Shown here: one piece after another, positions 1 through 6,408 of the stretch
How positions within the stretch are numbered: position 1 is the stretch's first letter
How the letters are laid out: the number at the start of each line of letters is the position of its first letter
Assembly (NCBI GenBank): GCA_018985225.1
Contig: JADGIF010000582.1
Coordinates: 1-6,408 of the forward strand
DNA from: Amoeboradix gromovi X-113
Taxonomy: Eukaryota; Fungi; Sanchytriomycota
Reading direction: 5' to 3'
DNA: 6,408 nt
The notes under the pieces: generated by a model
The model's database searches: none
Told to the model about the DNA's origin: nothing
The model's input: only the letters and a program-made list of their open reading frames with translations
Program-made: the position numbers and the translations under genes

Positions 1-462
1 AGCATCTAAGCAAAAGGTGCATTTTCTTAGACGGTACTCTTTCTTCATTCCATTTAATGTTATACTAACATCATTACTCTTGTCTATTCTAGTTTTTACA
101 GAGTAATAGTGATATTTTATTTGAAATAAAGATTGGATGAAAGAGTAAGAGAATAGCTGTACAGAATATTTATTTTCCTTTCATACTCGTCAACTCCGCA
201 ACTAGCTGAATGTCCACTCGCCTCTTAAATCCATAAAATCAATAAAGCTAAAATAATGTTCCAAGTTGTTGCAGAAAGTTAGTCCAGTTTTTATATTTGA
301 TGTCCCACTTGTTTAATATAAAATAAATTGGAAAAGAGACACGATTCGACTGATCAAACAGCAATTAATCTCAGTTAACCAATCAAGATACTTATTATCC
401 AGAATCCAATCATATCACTTTCTAGTCAGCAGTAAAAGGCAAGCGGGCTACTTTTCCAAAAA

Positions 463-1548
463 ATGGTGATTTATGCCGTTGCTTTGTATGATTTTGAAAA
501 GGAGAATGAGAATGAACTGGATGCCAAAGAAGGAGATCAATTTTTAATCGTCGCTAGAGCAAACGACGATTGGTTTCTAGCAAAGCCAATTCAAAAAGTA
601 GGCGCTCCGGGGCTCATTCCAGTTGATTACGTTGATGCAAAAGATCCTAAAACAGGTAATGACATTGACGAGACTACTTTAAAACAGCTTCCATCCGTAG
701 AAGAGTGGAAAAATAGTACTAGGCAGCAAATGTCTAAAAACATTCCACTCTCGAACTACGTGGATACTAGAAAGATTAACTCAGCTCCTATAACCAACGT
801 TTCTGCTAAGAAAAGCAATCCTTCAACGTTAGTAGTGCAACAGCGACAGTACCATTCTCACATGCCTGATGAACCACTGCAGAAGTCTAAAGGTAGAAAC
901 ACTCTTGGTAGAGTCGATTCTGCCTCTGTTATTCGTTATGACGAAACCGAGCCTAATGTATTCGAATTTGTAATCAAATGTCACCGAGAGAAAACCCCGT
1001 ACATTCTGTACAGACAGTATGAAGATTTCTTTGCCCTTCAGCTTTCGCTACTGAACGCTTTTCCTAACGAGGCTGGAAAAAGATCTGCCAAACGAATAAT
1101 TCCATATATGCCAGGGCCTGTTGATAATGTTGATCGTGAGGTAACAGAGCACCGATTGATAGATCTAGACACATATATTCGCGATTTGCTTAGACTACCT
1201 ATAAACATTAGTCAATCCCCATATGCTTTGGAATTCTTTAGACCTAGGGAGTATGATCACGCTGAAATTGTAGATCGCAAAGATTCTGTGCATCCTCAAC
1301 AGCTCAGCCTGAAAATCAAAATCATCAAACAAGATGATATCATAGCAATCCGTTGTAATCCAAAGTCCATTAACTACGCTAACCTTTTAAATAAAATTTA
1401 TGAAAAGCTGTTCAATGGGCATAAACCAAATATTAAGATTACAGAGAGATACTCTCGCACAACAATTGACGACGATGAAAGTTTGAAAATAATGATTGAT
1501 GAGAACCCTGAGAAAATGATTTTGTTTGTTAGTGATTTGCAAATATAG
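463..1548 (+). CDS. BEM1: Bem1/Scd2-family polarity scaffold (single SH3 + CI motif + PX + PB1)
   Basis: aa1-60 is an SH3 (ALYDF..ELD..WFLAKPIQKVGAPGLIPVDYV) matching the second SH3 of Bem1 (WFIAKPIGRLGGPGLVP). LPSVEEWK (aa76-83) matches the Cdc42-interacting segment after SH3b. PX domain at about aa150-262 (LYRQYEDFF..FPNEAG..RIIPYMPGP..FF). PB1 at about aa282-358 (LKIKIIKQDDIIAIR, conserved Lys at K286). Start context aaaATGG, in-frame TAA at 433-435 upstream, TAG stop. Confidence 0.92.
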   Translation: MVIYAVALYDFEKENENELDAKEGDQFLIVARANDDWFLAKPIQKVGAPGLIPVDYVDAKDPKTGNDIDETTLKQLPSVEEWKNSTRQQMSKNIPLSNYVDTRKINSAPITNVSAKKSNPSTLVVQQRQYHSHMPDEPLQKSKGRNTLGRVDSASVIRYDETEPNVFEFVIKCHREKTPYILYRQYEDFFALQLSLLNAFPNEAGKRSAKRIIPYMPGPVDNVDREVTEHRLIDLDTYIRDLLRLPINISQSPYALEFFRPREYDHAEIVDRKDSVHPQQLSLKIKIIKQDDIIAIRCNPKSINYANLLNKIYEKLFNGHKPNIKITERYSRTTIDDDESLKIMIDENPEKMILFVSDLQI

Positions 1549-1550
1549 CC

Positions 1551-1556
1551 AATAAA
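1551..1556 (+). promoter_or_regulatory. Possible polyadenylation signal of the Bem1-like gene
   Basis: AATAAA begins 3 nt after the stop, followed by an AT-rich tract. The hexamer is common by chance in AT-rich DNA. Confidence 0.35.
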
Positions 1557-1969
1557 TATAAATAATTGTTAGACATTCGCTTGGATCCGAATAATTATTT
1601 CTTCAGAGACACTGTAAGATTTAAAAGCTCTTGTTGGTCAAGTCTTTGTTAAACACTACTGGCCATGCTTACTTCAGTTATTTCCCAGTAATGACAATGT
1701 CTTTTATATCAACAAAACCCATATTAAGAACTCTAATCTTTCCTCTTTATAATCGTTCATGATGAGCATATCAACCTTTGCGCCGCATTAAAATTTCTAA
1801 AAAGCGTTTAGGAAGAAGGATTATGGTTATATGAATTATAGTTTTATTTGAGTAAATAAACGGAACTCAATTAATAATATAACAAATCCACGGATAGTTT
1901 CTGTGGCTCATATTTGAGGCCATTTTCGCAAGTCTCTCTCAATTATTTACTAACGCTAAACTAAAATCC

Positions 1970-4900
1970 TTAAAACTGCCTATAATTGCGCTGTACAAAC
2001 CCCATTGTTCTTCTTCTACTAACTTCTTTGTACTTAATTGTTAAGTAAGTACCCATAATTGATATCCCAATTATCAGATCGGTAATTAGACTATAGCCCC
2101 ACATTTTGCGAATTTCCAATCCACTAGCAATCATCATGAAGTATAAGATTCTCACTAAATCTCTCATGCCTCCATATTTAAGTCCCACTGCCATGTACAA
2201 TGACATCCATCCCATTCTATAGTAAAATACCCAACCCAGTTCATCGCAAAACACAAACACAGGCACCTGCACACACTTCATACAGTATTTTACAAAATCA
2301 GGGTACATACTGACCAGGTCTTGCCAGTTATATATTTTGTACTTTGTGTTTATTATGTAAACCATTATTTTCTGCAGATTTACACTTGCTAATTGTGCCA
2401 ATCCAAACCCTAACCAACTGCTTATCAACAGTACTCTAATATAAATACCAACTTGTTTGCTAATTATCCTATTTATGTAACTCACGACTAATAAAAATGC
2501 TAGCGATTCTACCACTGCTGTTATATAGCAGGTGTACAGCTCATTCAGTTTATATTGGAGCAAAATAGAGAAGTTTATTAATAAAACCGCCATTGTAAAA
2601 ACGTATTCGTTAGATTCTATTCTTTTAAAGTTTATTGCCACTTTGATTAAGGCGAAAGAAAGTGTAAAAATGTACAAACCCAGAACCATACTACTGTTGA
2701 TGCTGTATAGGTAGTACAAATGCATTGCTTTCAAACAATCTAGACTGTTATGAGCCATAGGAATACAACCAAGGGCTAGTTGGACCAAGGGAGGCTCCGA
2801 AGAGGTTGTGGAATTAACCAAAGAAAGAGAAAGCTGCCCGTTTATGTTGTATTTCGAAAGAATTTCAGTTTGTTTGGTAGACAGCTTAGTATCCACATCT
2901 GGCATACCTTGATTGGATGTACTAACTGTTGCCGAGTCTATTGTTGAGATGATTAATTCAACGTCTGAGCTGGAGATAAAATTGAAGGCACTCGGTAATG
3001 AACTAATTAATCTATGGGTTACTATTTTGGAGGACGTTTTAACTGGTTGTTCTGTTAAGCTTAGAGATATTGATGATGTGCTGCTATTTGATGGATGTGA
3101 ATGAGAATGGGATTTGAAATTGTCGTCAACAGACATACCTACAGCAGTAGTAGAAGTGACATCAGACAACACATTGTGTATACTGAACGATGTTGTGTTC
3201 TTGTAACTAGCAGTATATGCTATAGAAAACGATAACTCGACTTTACTGTAGGAGACATTAATAATATTCTCCTCAATCGTTGCCACCTGATTTATAGTAC
3301 TTTCAAGTGCTACAGCTAAATGAGAGTAAGATGTCGTTTCTATCACTTCGGACGCTACGCTTGCTGGAAATTGAGGAAGACTCTCTACAACCTTAGTATT
3401 TAAAGTTGTTAGTGCAGTCTTTGAAATCTCACAAGCCGAATCTAAATGTATTCTTGGGATTGATGTTATGATTGTCACGGTAGCTGATGCAGCCAAAATT
3501 GTTTCGTCGAATAAAGAGTCAAATAATCTGGTGACTTCTCCTGAACTAGATGTCAGACTAGCTGCAGCTTCAAGATTGTACGATGATTTTATGCTTTCAA
3601 CACTTATAGTAGGCAGAGCTGTAGAATCCACAGATAAGTCTACAGTACTTGATGTCGCTCCTATAGCTGTAATGTCAACTACAAGTGTATTTTCCTTTGT
3701 TTCTATAGTCAATGATGCATTTGCAGCAGTGTCTAAAAACAACTTTTCCAGCGAAGTAGCTGTTGGACACGGATTCAACAAATCGAAGCAGTCTATATAT
3801 TCCTGAATAGAATAAATAGGCGCCAACTCGCATACACTGAATCTGTAATCAAACAAGCACAGATTTGTAAATATATTCATGAATTTATTAGATTTTAAAA
3901 TAAAAGTCTGCTGGTCTGAGATACTAAAGATAGGATCACAAATACGGACATAAGCAGAATAGTGGTCTATAAAGGGGTTGTCGTTTGTAGAGATGCAATA
4001 GTTGGTGTTCCATTTTCTGATTCTAAAATAGCGATAGTCGTATAACAAAACATTTTCGCTGTAACTAGGAACGATTTCCCATAATGAAGCAGAATTACAT
4101 ATTTCAATGGTAAGACTATTATTTACAACAGCTAAACAGTTAGAAAGTACACCGTTGAAGAGAAGAACGGGTTTAAACACACTATTTCTTGATATTACAG
4201 GAAGTGAATAGTTTGCTGAATTTATGGTAACATTGTTTATAGTGGCGCTGCAGAGAAAAGTATGTGACCACGCCATAGTAATTACATTTAACTTTAAACA
4301 ACCAGAGGTGTTTTTGATAAAGAACCTGGTCTGACCGCTTGGTATTCTCACACCATAACTAGACCCTAGAACACTACCAGTGGTTAGTATAGGTTTTATG
4401 GAAGCATCAAGATTCATTGCAATAGAGGTATTACCTAGCTGCATGTTATATGAAGATGCCGATACAGTGATCAATCTGAAGGAGTTCATACTCTGGCTAT
4501 AGCAGTTAGATAAAGATAAAGAAGAGTTGTGTAATTTATAACCAAAACAAGCGTTTGGAATTATAGAATCTCCAGTATTCATCAATATTAATTTTTCAGT
4601 ACCTGTAGGAGGTTTAAAAGCTATATTGTAATAAGCAATTGAATAGCTACCTGTAGCGCAATTTCCGGTGTCTACCTCTTCAATTTGAAATCCATTAGCA
4701 TCCTGAAACACAGAGTACAATGGGTAGTTATATGAGCTAGCAGGCATGTGGATTATGTTTGGAGCTTTTATATTGCCAAAACTGCCACAAAATGAAGACT
4801 CAGTGTATATACATAATAGCACAATATAAACGTTGTTAAAATAGACAGGAAAGGCGTACCCAATAACTGGATTTAATTGAAAGCTATCGATCTCAAAATA

Positions 4901-5272
4901 TCCGTTACTGACATTAATAGAAGTAGATTTTATATCAATTGCATCAAGAACTGTTGAATTAAACCATGTGCAGTTTGTCTGATTAACGCAATTCAATGTA
5001 AGTAATGTAGTTAAGCAACAAGAACCTGCAGATAAAATAACTGAGTTTGACTTAAGCTCGGCATCCCATTCGTGATAAAAGTAGTTGCACAGCGTGCTAT
5101 TAAGAACGCCAGAAGTCATAGACATGCACACGTTGGCTTTTTTCATTTTTATATAACCCAAGCCAATAGTTAGATCAGTAGCCAGTGGTTCAATGCATTT
5201 ACCAGTAGATACATGTGTAGATCCAAGAATCAGACAAAAGCGGACTAAATTTTTGAAAAAGAAGAGATACAT
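1970..5272 (-). CDS. Large cell-surface multi-pass protein: ricin-B-like lectin repeats + Ser/Thr mucin-like stalk + about 7 TM helices (putative adhesion-GPCR-like receptor)
   Basis: Uninterrupted 1100-codon ORF with aaaATG context. Hydrophobic N-terminus (about aa1-24). Cys-rich aa26-502 with many N-x-S/T sequons. S/T-rich, Cys-poor aa503-827. Hydrophobic segments at about aa862-880, 890-907, 912-937, 941-964, 1013-1031, 1039-1054 and 1058-1079, then a short basic tail (KEVSRRR). The CDS is well supported; the function is inferred. Confidence 0.85.
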   Translation of the reverse strand: MYLFFFKNLVRFCLILGSTHVSTGKCIEPLATDLTIGLGYIKMKKANVCMSMTSGVLNSTLCNYFYHEWDAELKSNSVILSAGSCCLTTLLTLNCVNQTNCTWFNSTVLDAIDIKSTSINVSNGYFEIDSFQLNPVIGYAFPVYFNNVYIVLLCIYTESSFCGSFGNIKAPNIIHMPASSYNYPLYSVFQDANGFQIEEVDTGNCATGSYSIAYYNIAFKPPTGTEKLILMNTGDSIIPNACFGYKLHNSSLSLSNCYSQSMNSFRLITVSASSYNMQLGNTSIAMNLDASIKPILTTGSVLGSSYGVRIPSGQTRFFIKNTSGCLKLNVITMAWSHTFLCSATINNVTINSANYSLPVISRNSVFKPVLLFNGVLSNCLAVVNNSLTIEICNSASLWEIVPSYSENVLLYDYRYFRIRKWNTNYCISTNDNPFIDHYSAYVRICDPIFSISDQQTFILKSNKFMNIFTNLCLFDYRFSVCELAPIYSIQEYIDCFDLLNPCPTATSLEKLFLDTAANASLTIETKENTLVVDITAIGATSSTVDLSVDSTALPTISVESIKSSYNLEAAASLTSSSGEVTRLFDSLFDETILAASATVTIITSIPRIHLDSACEISKTALTTLNTKVVESLPQFPASVASEVIETTSYSHLAVALESTINQVATIEENIINVSYSKVELSFSIAYTASYKNTTSFSIHNVLSDVTSTTAVGMSVDDNFKSHSHSHPSNSSTSSISLSLTEQPVKTSSKIVTHRLISSLPSAFNFISSSDVELIISTIDSATVSTSNQGMPDVDTKLSTKQTEILSKYNINGQLSLSLVNSTTSSEPPLVQLALGCIPMAHNSLDCLKAMHLYYLYSINSSMVLGLYIFTLSFALIKVAINFKRIESNEYVFTMAVLLINFSILLQYKLNELYTCYITAVVESLAFLLVVSYINRIISKQVGIYIRVLLISSWLGFGLAQLASVNLQKIMVYIINTKYKIYNWQDLVSMYPDFVKYCMKCVQVPVFVFCDELGWVFYYRMGWMSLYMAVGLKYGGMRDLVRILYFMMIASGLEIRKMWGYSLITDLIIGISIMGTYLTIKYKEVSRRRTMGFVQRNYRQF

Positions 5273-5290
5273 TTTACGCGCACTTTGTGA

Positions 5291-6110
5291 ATGGATTTCA
5301 AATCTGAAATTTAAATGGATGCAATGGTGTTTAATTTTACTTATTGTTATTAATTACTTCATTTTGGCTGTCCTATCAGATTGAGGTTACATGGCAACAT
5401 GGACCAGTCCCATTGGTCAAAAATCCTCTAAATTATCTTAAAGGAAAAGAAAACTATTTTAGTGTTAAATGTCTGAAATTCAACCGTCAAAGAGGATAAT
5501 AAATACCAAGGAATCCTGCAGTAAAGGAGGAATAGAGTACGAGAAGTACCTCATTCTCACAAGTTAATGATTTAATAAATTTATATCTCGCTAATTTAAC
5601 TGGATGGTTTATATCTGCGTAATATCTTGTTGATGTCAATTCAAAGCGAAGGAAACACCTAGTATAAAGATATATCAAGTATTTCACTAATAAGTTAATC
5701 TAAACTATTTATTTCATAAGCAGGGTGTTACAAAGCTGAGTAGCCAAGTCATATTGTTAGCAATAAGAGAAGAAAAAGATCTGCTTCGCCATGTTTTTGC
5801 AAAATTGAGCAGTACTCAAAATAAATATTTTGGCATCTGTTTATGTGCGTGCGCATTAGAAAAAACGACCCTGGTATTGCTCCGACTTAATTTTATTTGG
5901 CTATCAAGATGAGCTTAAACAACAACTACGCCTAGTTACAAAAGGGGATAAAGAAAATGAAAAATAGCTCAGGCTGCAAGTGACTAACAATCTCGCACAG
6001 ATCTAAGGTTTCGTGAATATATTCAGTGTAGTGCAGTTGTAGGTCTTGATGTGAATGCATGTTATAACAGTTACCGATACATAGAGAGCTTATTAAGCGA
6101 CAAGACGAAG
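5291..6110 (+). pseudogene. Decayed Cdc42/Rho-family small GTPase relic
   Basis: 5899-6035 reads GYQDELKQQLRLVTKGDKENEK*LRLQVTNNLAQ(D)LRFREYIQCSA if one base is restored at 6000. This aligns without gaps to recalled Cdc42 [46 protein letters not shown] (14/46 identical). Collinear upstream remnants: TSFWLSY (5356-5376, cf. TCLLISY), VPLV (5407-5418, cf. VPTV), RNPAVKEE* (5509-5535, each codon at most one substitution from WDTAGQEEY) and RSTSFSQ (cf. RPLSYPQ). There are multiple stops. Boundaries are approximate and the 5' part is weaker. Confidence 0.6.
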
Positions 6111-6263
6111 AGTAATTTGCAACAGCTTGACTATTTTCTTGAACAAATCATTTATCGCGAATCTGTATATATTTTTGTATCATTTCAAGACTTTTCCAAT
6201 ACCTTAAACACTCGATATTCTTCCTTTTCGCAAATTGTAAATCAATTTTAAATAAATAATTAA

Positions 6264-6408
6264 CAGGTACAGCATACAAAGACATATGATCTGATATACT
6301 TACCCTCGTTCAATACGTGCCAGATGCTAAGTAGCTTGTCGCGCAAGGTCGCAAGAAACATGGCTACAATGTCCCATTACGCATTCAAGGAACGCTTGAA
6401 GTTCAAGT
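6264..6408 (+). mobile_element. Fanzor2 / IS607-type TnpB nuclease fragment (RuvC-II region), 5'-truncated and continuing past the window edge
   Basis: The frame after TAA 6261-6263 reads QVQHTKTYDLIYLPSFNTCQMLSSLSRKVARNMATMSHYAFKERLKFK. This matches the Fanzor2/IS607-TnpB pattern YDxIxLPxFxTxxM...KxARxMxxxSHYxFKxRL. GC rises from 20/80 (6181-6260) to 51/108 (6301-6408). Confidence 0.82.

Noticed and set aside
63-69. TACTAAC branch consensus (also at 1948, 2017 and 2920)
   Set aside because: Two copies lie antisense within a CDS and I could build no coherent gene model from the others; plausible by chance in AT-rich DNA.
1759-1765. C-box-like ATGATGA (snoRNA)
   Set aside because: There is no downstream CTGA D box in the intergenic region.
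2532-3806. Plus-strand ORFs 2532-2714, 2913-3104 and 3468-3806
   Set aside because: They are antisense shadows inside the 1100-aa CDS and show no motifs.
463-5272. Alternative genetic code (TAA/TAG = Gln) to rescue the stops in the relic
   Set aside because: The two long CDSs contain no internal TAA/TAG and end at TAG and TAA at plausible C-termini.
5193-5687. Short ORFs 5193-5384 (+) and 5487-5687 (-)
   Set aside because: They are short and motif-free. One overlaps the receptor start in antisense; the other has a non-ATG start and is antisense to the GTPase relic.
5982-6000. Branch point plus acceptor (GACTAAC...CACAG) coinciding with the frameshift
   Set aside because: I found no donor that restores an intact GTPase, and the upstream sequence aligns to Cdc42 without gaps, so no intron is needed. 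RNA-seq could revive this.
6036-6251. VVGLDVN as RuvC-I of the Fanzor fragment (same frame, 85 codons before the RuvC-II Pro), or ORF 6051-6251 as a gene
   Set aside because: Fanzor2 typically has DPG here. The intervening sequence lacks the basic helix, is AT-rich and contains stops, and the motif directly follows YIQCSA, fitting the GTPase G5 region better. Not fully excluded. The ORF has a GTG start.
6273-6276. CATA at the Fanzor junction as a TAM or target site
   Set aside because: A 4-mer is uninformative, and that TAM belongs to a Fanzor1, not this type.

Overview
AT-rich eukaryotic DNA in the standard genetic code, most likely from a fungus or fungal relative (inferred from the Bem1-like gene). 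Two intact, apparently intronless genes converge. The first (463-1548, +) is a compact Bem1/Scd2-type polarity scaffold (SH3-CI-PX-PB1) that lacks the first SH3. The second (1970-5272, -) is a 1100-aa membrane protein with a signal-like N-terminus, Cys-patterned ricin-B (beta-trefoil)-like repeats, a long Ser/Thr stalk and about seven C-terminal TM helices, i.e. an adhesion-GPCR-like layout. Two elements are missed by the ORF track: a decayed Cdc42/Rho-family GTPase relic (about 5291-6110, +, best supported at 5899-6035) and a GC-richer, 5'-truncated Fanzor2/IS607-TnpB RuvC-II fragment running off the right edge (6264-6408, +). All family calls come from recalled motifs, not database searches.
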